A stretch of 64,000 nt of DNA from Candidatus Levyibacteriota bacterium. GTDB taxonomy: Bacteria > Patescibacteriota > Microgenomatia > Levybacterales > UBA12049. This document shows positions 10,328-22,000 of the stretch, piece after piece (the stretch's first letter is position 1; the number at the start of each line of letters is the position of its first letter). The stretch covers positions 253,681 to 317,680 of the forward strand of contig CAWBPM010000003.1 of the NCBI GenBank assembly GCA_963790825.1, in the 5' to 3' direction. Position numbers and translations under genes: made by a program. A model generated the notes under the pieces. That model was given only the letters and a program-made list of their open reading frames with translations. It did no database searches and had not been told where the DNA came from.

Positions 10328-12730
10328 TTACGATACTACTGTCTGTATATTGCCTGAGTCGTCGAGGGTCATTACGACATTATTTCCCCGCTTTATTTCG
10401 TCCCGCAATTCTTTTTGCGCGATAAGATCTTCTATTTTATCCTGTAAATAACGTCTCAAGGGACGGGCTCCAAACTCCGGATCATAACCTTCCTGAGAAA
10501 TTTTAGTAATAATTTTATCATCAAATGTAACTGCAATATCCTGCTCTTTCAGTTTTTCGGTTAAACTCTTAAGCATAAGACGGGCAATTGTCGCTACCTG
10601 ATCTTGGGATAATGATTTAAAAGTTACGACATCATCAAAACGGTTTAACAATTCCGGTTTAAAGATTCTGTTGCTTTGCAGATACTCCATCAGCCGGTGT
10701 TGAAATATTTTATCAATCTGAGTCCCTTTTTCGACTTCTTCCCGGATAAACTCAGCACCGGCATTAGAGGTAGCAATTATAATGGCATTAACAAATGAGA
10801 CTGTATGTCCCTTATTATCGGTAAGACGACCATCTTCAAGTACCTGAAGAAACAAATCTAAAATTCTGGGGTTTGCTTTTTCAAATTCATCCAGAAGAAC
10901 CAGGGAATCCGGATGGTCATGAATTTTATCGGTCAATTCGCCCCGTTCTTCTCCTTCACCGGGTGCCGCACCGAGAAGCCTTTTTACGCCTTCACTGTCC
11001 GAATATTCACTCATATCGAGGCGCACAATATGTTCCTGTCCGCCAAAATAGAGATCCGAGAGTACACGGGCTGTTTCGGTTTTACCAACTCCTGTCGGAC
11101 CTAAGAATAGAAATGAGACGGGTTTATTCGCACTTGCCAGCCCGGACCGAACACGGCGCATTGCCTCGGAGATTGCCGTGATGGCATCATCCTGACCAAT
11201 GATGCGCTCATGTAATTTTTCTTCAAGGTGGAGTAAGAGTTCTTTTTCCTGCGCCTTTGGAGCTGCGACATTCGCATGTGTTTTTTCTTCAAGAGTGCTT
11301 ATTACATCATCATCCGTTACAATATTCGACCTTTTCATTTTGTTCATAGTAACTGCAACTCGATTGGCCGAATCGGTAAGAAGCAGCACTGCGCTCCCGG
11401 GAAGATTCGCATCCTGTTCGTATCTGTCGGCAAAGTTAGCTGCCGCAATAACGCTTCGATATGTAAGGGAAACGCCATTTTTTTCTTCAATTTCCCCTGC
11501 TTTTTCAAAAAGCATCTGCAATGCTACGTCCTTTTCGGGCTCAAGAACTTGTATTATTTCGAATACTGATTTCATGGGGCTGCGCTCTAAATACGCTTTA
11601 TATGCACCGGGCGTCATTGTGGCAATAATCGGCATTCCTCCGTTTTTAAGGTAGGGAAGAAGTGCGCCTGAAAGATCCAGATTATACGATCCGGCTCCCA
11701 TGATGTTTTCAAACTGCGGAATATATAGAATAACGTTTCCGGCATGGGAAATTTCAGCAATAATATTTTGTAAGCGTACCTCCATATTTCCCCTATCTCC
11801 TGCTCCGGCAATAAGCGGTCCTACCATCAGCTCAAGTATTTTTTTATGATTTAAAGTGGAAGAAAGATAGTCGCCAAAACTGTCATACGCTAATGCTTCT
11901 ACCAGACTTTCTTTTCCCGCACCGATTTCGCCAACCAGAATAATATTATTATTTTCTTTTTTTGCCAGTGCCTCACAAATTTCCTGATATTCTCTGCTGC
12001 GTCCCACAATAAGAGCGCGTTTGTTTAGCGAATGGTAGGTAAAATCATCGGTGTATTGTTTGGTTTCAGGCGTCCAGCCGGACATTAACGATTCACCGAT
12101 TCCGTCGCCAAAAAAATGTACACGATAATCTTTTGCATGCTCTTCCTCCGGGTATTCCATTTGTGCCCAAAAGAGAATTTGCATCAGTTCTACGTCTTTT
12201 ATTTTTTTCCTAAAAAGCAATTTTGTTTTTTCTTCCGAAAGCAAAAGGTAGGAGACGAGACAGTCCATAGTCGTTATGTATTCCCCGTTTACACTTTTAG
12301 CAAGTTCGAAGCTATACTGAAGAATATCTTTTTTAGGAATATCAACAAGAGACAGTTCCCCTTTATCCAGACCGATTTTTTCCAGGATAAATAGTATTTG
12401 AGGATAGCGAAGAAGAGCCAGGAGAAATTTCTCAGATGTTGTTTCAGACAAATAAGCAGTCAAAACCGGCATTGTCGCAGAGCTGCCGACATCGGGTGAG
12501 TTGTTTTTCCCAACCGGAGTTTTCGGATGATACCTGTTAATTTTATAGCGGAAAAATGTTTCCGCCATGGCAAGAAGACATAGAAAAAAGATTGAAAATC
12601 TGGGGTATGAATGATTAGTAAGTCCATACAGAGTAAGTGAAGCAAAGAAAAATATTGCCAACAGCCTCACCGTTTTACCAATAGCCGAGTGGATTAACAA
12701 ATAAACATGAACGTACTCGTTAGAATTCAT
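10328..12730 (-). CDS. membrane-tethered Hsp100/Clp-family ATPase paralog; D1 module degenerate, D2 intact
   Basis: Two N-terminal hydrophobic helices; D1 Walker A is GEIGAGKES and Walker B position reads IPQFEN (no DE); D2 is canonical: FLGPTGVGKTETARVLS, LVLLDEFEKA, ATSNAG, GARPLRR. Confidence 0.75.
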   Translation of the reverse strand: MNSNEYVHVYLLIHSAIGKTVRLLAIFFFASLTLYGLTNHSYPRFSIFFLCLLAMAETFFRYKINRYHPKTPVGKNNSPDVGSSATMPVLTAYLSETTSEKFLLALLRYPQILFILEKIGLDKGELSLVDIPKKDILQYSFELAKSVNGEYITTMDCLVSYLLLSEEKTKLLFRKKIKDVELMQILFWAQMEYPEEEHAKDYRVHFFGDGIGESLMSGWTPETKQYTDDFTYHSLNKRALIVGRSREYQEICEALAKKENNNIILVGEIGAGKESLVEALAYDSFGDYLSSTLNHKKILELMVGPLIAGAGDRGNMEVRLQNIIAEISHAGNVILYIPQFENIMGAGSYNLDLSGALLPYLKNGGMPIIATMTPGAYKAYLERSPMKSVFEIIQVLEPEKDVALQMLFEKAGEIEEKNGVSLTYRSVIAAANFADRYEQDANLPGSAVLLLTDSANRVAVTMNKMKRSNIVTDDDVISTLEEKTHANVAAPKAQEKELLLHLEEKLHERIIGQDDAITAISEAMRRVRSGLASANKPVSFLFLGPTGVGKTETARVLSDLYFGGQEHIVRLDMSEYSDSEGVKRLLGAAPGEGEERGELTDKIHDHPDSLVLLDEFEKANPRILDLFLQVLEDGRLTDNKGHTVSFVNAIIIATSNAGAEFIREEVEKGTQIDKIFQHRLMEYLQSNRIFKPELLNRFDDVVTFKSLSQDQVATIARLMLKSLTEKLKEQDIAVTFDDKIITKISQEGYDPEFGARPLRRYLQDKIEDLIAQKELRDEIKRGNNVVMTLDDSGNIQTVVS

Positions 12731-12731
12731 A

Positions 12732-13124
12732 CTATTTAAATAATAGAAATATTGCCAATGCCGGCATTAATACAAACAAACTAATTACTAGAAATTCGCT
12801 AATCAACATTACTAAAAAAATAGTCAGTGTAAAGAGAATAAGTATTGTTTTTGCAAAAATTCCCATACCGATTGAGAAACCGACCAAACCTTTTCTATAT
12901 TCATTTTTTAGTGGCTTAAAAAAAGTGACAACCATCAGCTTTAGAGAGAATAGCTGGAGAAACGCACTGTTGAGCGACTGGAAATATGACAGCATCGTAA
13001 GCGGTGCTTCAATATACCAGAATTGTACGAGAATAAAAGGCAGGGTCGTATAATAGAAATTCATGAGCAGTATCTCTAGTCTAAAAACTTTTCCTCTAAA
13101 TTGCAAATGAGTATTATTTAGCAA
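12732..13124 (-). CDS. small polytopic membrane protein (3-4 TM), hypothetical
   Basis: 130-aa ORF almost entirely hydrophobic; 7-bp gap to upstream clpC-like gene and 1-bp gap to downstream Clp paralog. Confidence 0.4.
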   Translation of the reverse strand: MLNNTHLQFRGKVFRLEILLMNFYYTTLPFILVQFWYIEAPLTMLSYFQSLNSAFLQLFSLKLMVVTFFKPLKNEYRKGLVGFSIGMGIFAKTILILFTLTIFLVMLISEFLVISLFVLMPALAIFLLFK

Positions 13125-13131
13125 GCAAATA

Positions 13132-16041
13132 TTATTCCTGGGTTTCGTTTGGTAAACCGGCGGAAGAAGAAGTAAAGGTTGTGCCTGTTCCCGGAGGAGA
13201 CATTGGATAATTGGGAGTGGGCATGTTATTCATCGGATTTAGCATTCCCGACTCCTGTCCCATATCCTGACCAAACTGAGACATTGGCTGTGGAGTAACC
13301 CCATTTGGTATCTGAGGACTCCCATACGGAGGTAAAGGAGCTTGCGGGAACTCTTGGGACGGGCCGTATTGGTTATTTATTTCTGCGGGAGCGGAGTTCA
13401 TATACGGATTATTTACCGCCTGTGGATTTAGACCACTTGGGAACTGTTGATTAGGATTATACGGCTGATTAAAACCGGCCTGAGGAGGTAATACAGATGG
13501 AGAACCGGGCTGAGGTGGCTGAGTCATATTTGACGAGGGTGCGAATTGATTCTGCGAAGACATTGGTTCGCCCGCTTGCTGATTAGGTTCTGCTGCTTTT
13601 TCTTGACTACCAACCGCATCTGTATGGTTGGATTTAGTAAAGAAATATCCGCCCTTCGCCCCGTCAAAATCAATAAGTATCGCATCTCCGGGAAGAAACT
13701 TTTTTCCAATTATTTCAAGTGCAATTGGGTTTTCTATTCTCGTCTGAACCAGACGGCGAAGCGGTCTTGCACCGTACATAGGATCATACCCTTCATTTGC
13801 GAGTTCACGAAGAGCTGCATCTGTAATATCGACACTAAGTTGCTGCTCTGTAAGTAAACCGCTCGTTTTTTTAATGGCAAGTTTGGTAATACCTACCATA
13901 TCTTCTCTTCGTAAGGGCTTAAAAATAACGATGTCGTCAAAACGATTGAGAAGTTCCGGCCGGAAGAATTTATGCAGTTCCCCGCTTACCACTTCTGAAA
14001 GGTCCTTAAAATCTTTTGCGAGTTGTTCCGCTGTTTTCGGCGTAGGATTAGTTGTATCCTCCTCGCCTAATTTTTCAGTAATCAGGCTGCTGCCAATATT
14101 TGATGTACAGATGATAATCGTATTTTTAAATGAGATCGTATTGCCCTTGTTATCGGTCAGCCGGCCATCCTCTAAAATCTGCAGGAGAATGTTAAAGACA
14201 TCAGGATGCGCCTTTTCAACTTCGTCCAAAAGAACAATCGAGTACGGTTTTATTCTTACGGCTTCGGTTAATTGTCCACCTTCTTCATAGCCGACATACC
14301 CGGGGGGCGCACCAATCAGCTTGGCGACCTCATGCTTTTCCATGTATTCTGACATGTCGAGCCGAATCATTGCGCTTTCCTGACCGAAAAGAATCTCTGC
14401 TATAGTTTTGGCAAGTTCTGTTTTTCCCGTACCCGACGGACCTAAAAAGATGAATGACGCAATCGGCCTCTGTCCGCTTGCCAGTCCAATTCTCCCTCTC
14501 CTGACTGCCTCTGCCACTGCTTTTACTGCTTCCTCCTGATCGATAAGCCGCTCATGGATGCGATCTTCCAGTTTTAACAATTTTTGACTTTCATCCTCTG
14601 TCAATTTCGTGATCGGAATACCGGTCCAATTACTGACTACCTGTTCTATTTGCGATTTTTTTACCTCGTTTCCTGTTGTTTGCCCCTTTGCCTGCATCAT
14701 CTTCACATCTGCAGCAGCTTCGTCAATTAAATCAATTGCTTTATCGGGGAGAAAGCGTTCTCCAATATATTTTTTTGATAATTTAACCGCCTGAACCAAC
14801 GCGTCGTCGGGAATAGTTACCTTGTGAAAGTCTTCGTATTTCGACTTTAATACCTTAAGCATTTCGACTGCTACTTCTTCACTCGGCTCTTCACAAATTA
14901 TCGGCTGGAATCTTCTGGAAAATGCTTTATCTTTCTCAAAATATTTTCGGTATTCTGCTGTCGTCGTCGTACCGATTATCTGCAAGTGTCCTCTTGCCAA
15001 ATGCGGCTTAATAATATTTGATGCATCCATCGCGCCTCCCGTATCACCCGCTCCCATCACCGTGTGTATTTCGTCGATAAAAAGCAGTGTTTGTCCGCTG
15101 CTTGCCATGGCTTCACGAATAACAGAGCGCAACCGTTCCTCAAATTCTCCCCTGTGACTTGCGCCGGCTACCAAAGATGCTACGTCAAGCTGAATAATCC
15201 GCTTTCCCAATAGTTCCTTCGGCACTAATCCTTTCACAATATTTTGCGCCAGACCTTCAATAATTGCCGTTTTGCCAACTCCTGCTTCACCTATTATGAT
15301 CGGGTTATTTTTCGTTCTGCGGAGTAAGATATGAGCAAGTCTATCAATTTCCTTGTCCCGTCCGGCAATCGGATCAAGTTTACCCTCCCGAGCCTGTTGT
15401 GTCAGGTCTACCCCATATTCCTCAAGAACACTTTTTTTGGCCATTGTATAGGATTTATCTTTCGTTAATTTTTCTTCCACCTGCATTTTCCTAACACCTT
15501 GCTCTGCAAGTGAATTAACGCCGATACTCTGAGTTCCGGCAGAAAAAATTGCCAGCAGGACGTCCTCAGGAGCGATGAATCCGGCTCCGCGTTTTTTCGC
15601 TTCCAGATATGCACCTTCAAACACTTGTTTGGTATTTTGACTAAGCAGCGGTATACCGGGAAATCCGTCCGGAATTTCCCGACTTTGAATTTCCCGGGTA
15701 AGCTTCGCGACATCGACATTAAACTCTTCAAGAAGCTTATAGATTTCTTCATCAAAAAGTAATCCCAGAAGTATTTGGTCAACATCAATAAGCTGCTGGT
15801 GAATCCGCACCGATTCCTGCTGGGCGTGGGTTAGTACTTTTTGCGTACGGGAATCCAGATGCGACAGAGCGGACAAGTCTTCTCTTCGCGCCGGATCCAT
15901 GGCTGAATCAGCTATATTATTGTTATCAATAGGAGTCGCCTGCGGAGGCGGAGGTGTCCCCATATTTTGTGTATTTGTATTTTGTTGTGCTGGTGGGTTC
16001 TGATTTCCAGAACTCCTCTGATTGAATAAATTTCCAAGCAT
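13132..16041 (-). CDS. clpC: ClpC/ClpB-type Hsp100 chaperone with Q/N/P-rich N- and C-terminal extensions
   Basis: Clp N-domain repeats; D1 [15 protein letters not shown] / LLFIDEIHT; D2 [17 protein letters not shown] / [29 protein letters not shown] / GARPLRR; short D1-D2 linker (ClpC-like). About 160 aa Q/N/P-rich low-complexity C-tail. Confidence 0.85.
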   Translation of the reverse strand: MLGNLFNQRSSGNQNPPAQQNTNTQNMGTPPPPQATPIDNNNIADSAMDPARREDLSALSHLDSRTQKVLTHAQQESVRIHQQLIDVDQILLGLLFDEEIYKLLEEFNVDVAKLTREIQSREIPDGFPGIPLLSQNTKQVFEGAYLEAKKRGAGFIAPEDVLLAIFSAGTQSIGVNSLAEQGVRKMQVEEKLTKDKSYTMAKKSVLEEYGVDLTQQAREGKLDPIAGRDKEIDRLAHILLRRTKNNPIIIGEAGVGKTAIIEGLAQNIVKGLVPKELLGKRIIQLDVASLVAGASHRGEFEERLRSVIREAMASSGQTLLFIDEIHTVMGAGDTGGAMDASNIIKPHLARGHLQIIGTTTTAEYRKYFEKDKAFSRRFQPIICEEPSEEVAVEMLKVLKSKYEDFHKVTIPDDALVQAVKLSKKYIGERFLPDKAIDLIDEAAADVKMMQAKGQTTGNEVKKSQIEQVVSNWTGIPITKLTEDESQKLLKLEDRIHERLIDQEEAVKAVAEAVRRGRIGLASGQRPIASFIFLGPSGTGKTELAKTIAEILFGQESAMIRLDMSEYMEKHEVAKLIGAPPGYVGYEEGGQLTEAVRIKPYSIVLLDEVEKAHPDVFNILLQILEDGRLTDNKGNTISFKNTIIICTSNIGSSLITEKLGEEDTTNPTPKTAEQLAKDFKDLSEVVSGELHKFFRPELLNRFDDIVIFKPLRREDMVGITKLAIKKTSGLLTEQQLSVDITDAALRELANEGYDPMYGARPLRRLVQTRIENPIALEIIGKKFLPGDAILIDFDGAKGGYFFTKSNHTDAVGSQEKAAEPNQQAGEPMSSQNQFAPSSNMTQPPQPGSPSVLPPQAGFNQPYNPNQQFPSGLNPQAVNNPYMNSAPAEINNQYGPSQEFPQAPLPPYGSPQIPNGVTPQPMSQFGQDMGQESGMLNPMNNMPTPNYPMSPPGTGTTFTSSSAGLPNETQE

Positions 16042-16098
16042 ACTATTTCCTTATTTTATTCTGTATGGTTTTTACTGATTAGTCAAGCTCTCCAATTA

Positions 16099-19000
16099 TT
16101 ATTTTTTTGTTTCAGGCTCGTCTTCCGCTGACATCTCAAGAGAAGGCTTTGTTATTTTTTGTATAGTTATTAGTTCTTCTGTTTCATATCCTTCTTTCTT
16201 CAGGTTTTCCAGCACGTCTTTGGCTGCTTGTTCTTTTGCTTTCAAATACGCAATAATCTCATTTTGCGAGAATCCGCCAAGCAGCAGGAAAGGCAGGATA
16301 TTTGAAACTGCTTCCATGCCTGCTTTTACTTTTTCAGGTGCTGAGGCTGTCAATAACAGGATTATTTGCTCAATATTTTCGATTTCTTTTACCAACCAGG
16401 TTATTCTGTTTTGTATTACTCCGCCTGGTGCCTCAGGTATATCCATTTTGCTATAGTTTTCCTGCCATAGTTTTTTCACTGTTTCATAATCAGCGACATT
16501 TATTTGTTGCAGTTTATTAACAGAGGGGAAAGACCCTGCAATGTAGCTAAGCAAATACTTCTTTTCTTCTTCCACTTGTAGCCAAACTTCTTCCGCCAAC
16601 TGGTTCTTTTTTTCTTTTTCTGAAAATATTTGATTTTTTATTTTCAGCAAGGCATCTTTTCCTAATTTTTCCGGAAATTCGACTAAAATTGCCTGAGCAA
16701 GCAGATTGCCATTTTCTTTTTCAGCCTGCAGTCTGTTTTTGAGAGATATATATTTCTCTTTTCTTAAAGGATCACTTATTTCCTCAAGATACGTAATATG
16801 CATCAGAACTGTCTTAAGTGCTGAAAGCAGTAGTTCTTCGTCATCAGCGGTTCTTCCGGAAACCGTATGGGCTGCTGTTAAGAGAGAAGTCGCGAGCGGA
16901 TCGAAGGACTTACTTGCCTCAAGGAGTTGCTGTTTTAGATTGCCATACTTACTGCGAAGTTCGGACGAGGTCAAATTATCCGGACGCGATATTCGCTCTA
17001 ATACCTCCCGTACTTTGGCTATGTCTTCTTCTTTCCCGGATACTTGAGCAGGTTGGGATTCGTACCGGACAATATCTCGAAGCGTAGGAAGCGGTAGGTT
17101 GGTAAGCTCCAGCAGTTTTGTATTTACTTGAGGATATGTTAATGCTTTAAGGTTTGTGCCAACCGGAATAGAAGCACGCGCTATTTCTTGATCCGGACTT
17201 TCTATTTCCGAAGCGGTTGTCATATGCCCTACTTCAGAGGTGGTCGCTGTTTTTTCTTTTGCTTCGATTAATGTTTCTTCCTCGTTTGCGTTCTGTTCTA
17301 GATCTTCCAAAACCGTCTTTCCTGCCTGTTCTTTTGCCTTCAAATACGCGACAATTTCTGACTGGGAGAAGCCACCCATCAGAAGGAACGGCAGGACGTT
17401 TGCTACTTCCTGCATGCCGGCTGCTACCTTCTGCTGGTCGGTCGAAGAAAGTAGATCAATGGCTCTAGTTACTTTCTCCAAATCTGATTTTACCCAAGTT
17501 TTCCGATCCATTTGTCCTGTTTCTGCAGTTTGTGGAATAGACATATTCTTGTAGTTATCAGTCCACATAGACTTTACTGCTTCGTAGTCTTCAAGGCTTA
17601 CCTGCTGGATACGATTACTAGTTGGGAGATTGACAGAGGAGGAAGTTACCTGCTTTCCGGTTGTTTGTACGCCGCTTTGCGACATCAGAGAAAGAATATT
17701 TCCTGCCAGTTGGTCTCCTTTTGCCTGTGCATCCATGAGTTTCTGTTTCACTTTTTGTAGATCTGTTTTCTCGGTTTTACTGTTGACACCCAAGAGAGAC
17801 GTGGCAAGTTGATTGCCTTTCTTGCTTTCTTCTTCAAGTTTGGCTTTTATCCTGACATATTGCTGTCTATCTGCAACTGCAGGGATTGAGGATAGGGCAG
17901 AATTTACGATTTGAGAGAGAACTTGAGATATGACTTGTGTCTCTTTGGATACAGTTTGCTTATCTACCTCAGAAAGCAACGTAGTTGCCAACTCATTTCC
18001 TTTCGTACTTTCCTGCATTAACTGGTCTTTCAGTTTTTGTATATCTGAGGCATTCGTTGTTTTCTCAGTTGCAGAGAGAATAGTTGTTGCAAGCGTATTT
18101 CCCTGCCTGCTCTCTTTGAGAAGGGTTTCTTTCAGTATGTTTATCCGCTCCCGATCGGTTGTAGAGGTTACTACTTCTTGTGGATTAGCAATTTGCGTCA
18201 GTACGTTTTGCAAAGATGAGACGCTTGGCTGGGATAGGATATTTTGGCTAGTTGTTGCAGACTGCAGTGCAGTGAGTATTGATGTTGCCAGGACGTCTCC
18301 TGTCTGGCTTTGTTTAGTGAGTTCACTTCGCATCTTGGTATACTGGTCACGCTCCTGCGCATTACTCAATGCCTCGGGATTTTGCAGATTTCGCATTGCT
18401 TCTTGTAATTTGACTAACTCTGTGGACTTTTCTCGGGAGGAAGAATTCATCGATGTTTCAAATTTCGCAATATCCCGAAGTGTCGGAAGCGACAAGTTGG
18501 TAAGTGTCAGTATTTTCGTATCAACTAGAACAGGAGTCGAAGCTGTGGTTATGGTAGGCGTTTGGTACGCCTCTTCCTCGTCCGCTGTTCTTGAAATTGT
18601 CAAATGCTGAGGGACTGTGGTTGTTTCACGTTTTACCTCAACAGTTGTATCCTCTTCCTCATTCGTTGAGGAAATTAACTCTTCCAGTACTACTTTTCCT
18701 GCTTGTTCTTTTGCTTTAAGATAGGCAACAATCTCCGACTGGGAGAAGCCACCCATCATCAGGAACGGGAGAATATTTGATACTTCCCGCATACCCGCTG
18801 CTACCTTCTGCTGCTCGGTTGAGGAGAGGAGATCAATCGTTCGGGAAATATTCTCTAGGTCATTCTTAATCCAGGTTTTTCGATCTGTTTGTCCAGTCTC
18901 GATACTTTGTGGTACATCCATGTTTTTATAATTCTCGGTCCACATGGATTTAACTGCTTCATAATCCTCAAGATTTACTTGCTGTACCCGATTCGCAGTG

Positions 19001-22000
19001 GGCAGTGGAGTCGTAAGAGTACCGGCTTGTGTCTGTGTTTGGTATTGCTGTTGAAGCATAAGGCCTAGGATTTGGGCAGCATTCTTATCCCCTTTATCGC
19101 GGGCGTCCATGAGTCTTTGCTTTAACTTCTGCACATCGCTGGTTTGAGTTTTAGAATCAGTAGTTAAAGCTTGTCTATTAATTTCTGATAAGACAGAGGT
19201 CGCTAACCCATTTCCTTGTTTACTCTCTTTTGTTAATGTGTCTTTCAATTGTTGTATTCCTGCTGCACTTGTCGTTTCTTTAGTGGCTGAAAGAATTGAT
19301 GTAGCAAGTGTATTGCCTTGTTGACTTTCTTTTACCAAGGTTTCTTTTAGTGTTGATATTCGCTCGCGATCAACAGTTGAGGTAGTGACAGAGGCAGGAT
19401 TCGCAAGATGCTCCATTACTTGAGACATTACTTGCATATCTCTCGATGCGCTTTGTTTATCTACCTCAGACAGAAGAGATGTAGCAAGTGTATTGCCTTG
19501 TTTACTCTCTTTCACCAATTGATCTCGTACCTTCTCCATCTCTGAAGTACTGGTCGTCCTCTCCGTCGCTGAAAGAATTGATGTAGCAAGTGTATTGCCT
19601 TGTTTACTCTCTCTGACTAATGTCTCTTTCAAAGCCGTAATTCGCTGCCGATCGGTCGTTGAAGTTGTGATAGACTGGGGATTGGCTAATTGTTCAAGGA
19701 CGCTTGACATAACTTGCGTATCTTTGGATATACTTTGTCTATCCATCTCGGAGAGTAAGGTTGTGGCAAGCGTATTCCCTTTTTCGCTTTCTTTGATTAA
19801 TTGTTCTTTGACTTTTTGAATTTCAGTATTGTTAAGTGTTTTTTCTGACGAGGAGAGTAAAGTGGTTGCCAATGTATTATTTTTCTCTTTACTTTCCGAT
19901 ACTAATTTTTCTTTAAGAGTCGTTATCCTTTCCCGTTCCGTTCTCTCTGTTATTTTTTCAGGGGAGGCAAGCTCTGTAAGAAGCTGTGACAACTCTGTAT
20001 TTTGGACTTGCGTCGTGCTTGTAGCAGTTGAGAGAATAGTCGTTGCAAGCGTATTTCCTTTTTGGCTTTCTGATACTAATTCACCTCTGAGATTACTGTA
20101 TACTTCTTGATCTTTTGCAGTTTGGACTGCGGCAGGATTGGCAATTTGCCCAAGGACCTGTGAGAAGGCTTTCGTATCTGTTGAGACAGATTGCCTGTCC
20201 ATTTCAGACAGTATTGTTGTTGCAAGCGTATTGCTCTGTCTACTTTCTTTAACCAACTGGTCTCTTACTTTATCCATTTCAGATGTATTTGTTGTTTTCT
20301 CAGCTGCAGAGAGAATAGTTGTTGCAAGCGTATTTCCTTTTTCGCTTTCTTTGAGAAGCGTTTCTTTAAGCGCTGTAATCCGCTCCCGATCGGTTGTAGA
20401 CACAACTGCTGGATTGGCAATTTGCCCAAGGATCCGGGATAACTGCTGTGACTCCCGAGCCGACGTGTTATTTGAGGCAGTAAATGTATTATTTGCAGCA
20501 TTAAGAATAGTCGTCGCCAATACATTTCCCTTTTCACTTTCTTTGACTAAGTGTTCCCGAATTTCTTTATAATGCTCACGATCTCTCGTATTTGTCAGAA
20601 TTTCGGGATGGGCAATCTGCTCCAGAGACTGCTGCATAGTAGAAACTTCTTGTTGTTTCTCTTTGTTGGTCGATAATATGCTTGTTTCAAAACGTGCAAT
20701 ATCCTGCATTTTTGGCACACTCAGATTTGTTAAGCCTAACAGAACTATATCTGCTGGCAGTGGCTTTGCCAGTCCGGCAGTCGATGATTTTGTAATGTTA
20801 TTTTCTGTATTTATTGCTTCATTGGAACTGGCAGGTATTGCTTTTGCTAATCCCGCTCCCCGACCGGGCAAATTGAATTTCGGCGTAAAAGGCAACACGC
20901 GTCCCAGACCAAATGACGGAGCAGGACCGGGAGGAGCCGCCGGATTGACGGGAACAGGCGGGGCACCACCCAGGAAGGCACTACTTCTATTTCGGATATT
21001 TTTAATGACTGAATTTTCAGCATAGTTATAATTGGTCGCATAATCCAGGAAAATTTGTAAGAGAATCCATGGTACAATAATCACCATCCAGAGCATTAAA
21101 AGAGCAACTAAATATAAGGCAAATGTTTCGGGTAAATTAAGACTATTATTACAGGGCGTGGTAGCTGTATTATTGTAACAGACAGTTTGTCCCGGGCCAC
21201 CAAGAAGAATATTAATGGCAGTCGGAAAAATGTCATTAGTTGGATCCCAAATGTTTCCTGCAAGCGGCTTTAGTGGTTGGTCTAATGTGGCATAATTGCT
21301 GTAATCATGAGGAATAAAGTTTAGAGGTACACCAGCTCGCCATACTTGAACCAACCCTGCCAGGAAAATAGCAAAAAGCGGAGCATAGAGAGCCCAGCGG
21401 AAAAATTCGCCTATCCAGATTTTGGCTGTATTTCGCACAGGATAATATAGTAAAAGCAGAGGGAAAATAGGAGAAACAATAATAAAAAACCATAGAATAA
21501 TTCTGCGGATTATCAGAATAATCACCATCACGTAGTAAGTAAGTGCGGTTAATTTTACAAACAGTAATGAAACAAATGCGGATTCATTGTTCATGTCTCC
21601 CGTTAAGCGAAGTCCGATAAACTGTGTGTAATCCCATCCGACGTAAAGCAAATTTCCCTGCCATATTTCAGGATGCGCGATGTTCGTAGCGGTATCGGGG
21701 TTTTTGAGAAAAAATCCCTGGATAATATCGGTTATCTGGTAAATAAATTGAATGAGCGCATAAGAAAAAGTCACCAAAAGTATGACAGCGATAAAACGCG
21801 GAATAAAACGACGAACTCCTATACTTCTTCCCCGGGTAGAAATAATAATAAAAGCTGTAATTAAGACAAAGAGAACAAAAAACGCATAGACAATGTTACG
21901 AATTGTTACCCAGAAAGGAAGCAATGGATCGGTTCCGCTGGTGACGGAATTCAATTGTTCCCAGTCATAGTTCTGAAGCGACCAGTCAAGAAGAAGTCCG

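Noticed and set aside
16240-20600. Possible CRISPR array because of regularly spaced DNA repeats
   Set aside because: Repeat units are 140-280 bp apart, imperfect, in frame, and encode protein repeats (GNTLATTILS units); no short identical direct repeats with unique spacers and no cas genes.
16220-21100. Numerous 60-226-aa plus-strand ORFs (for example 17930..18610, 20138..20572, 20663..21025)
   Set aside because: All are antisense to the 2147-aa giant gene, whose long open frame, signal peptide and repeat structure are far better supported. Open antisense frames are expected in repetitive coding DNA.
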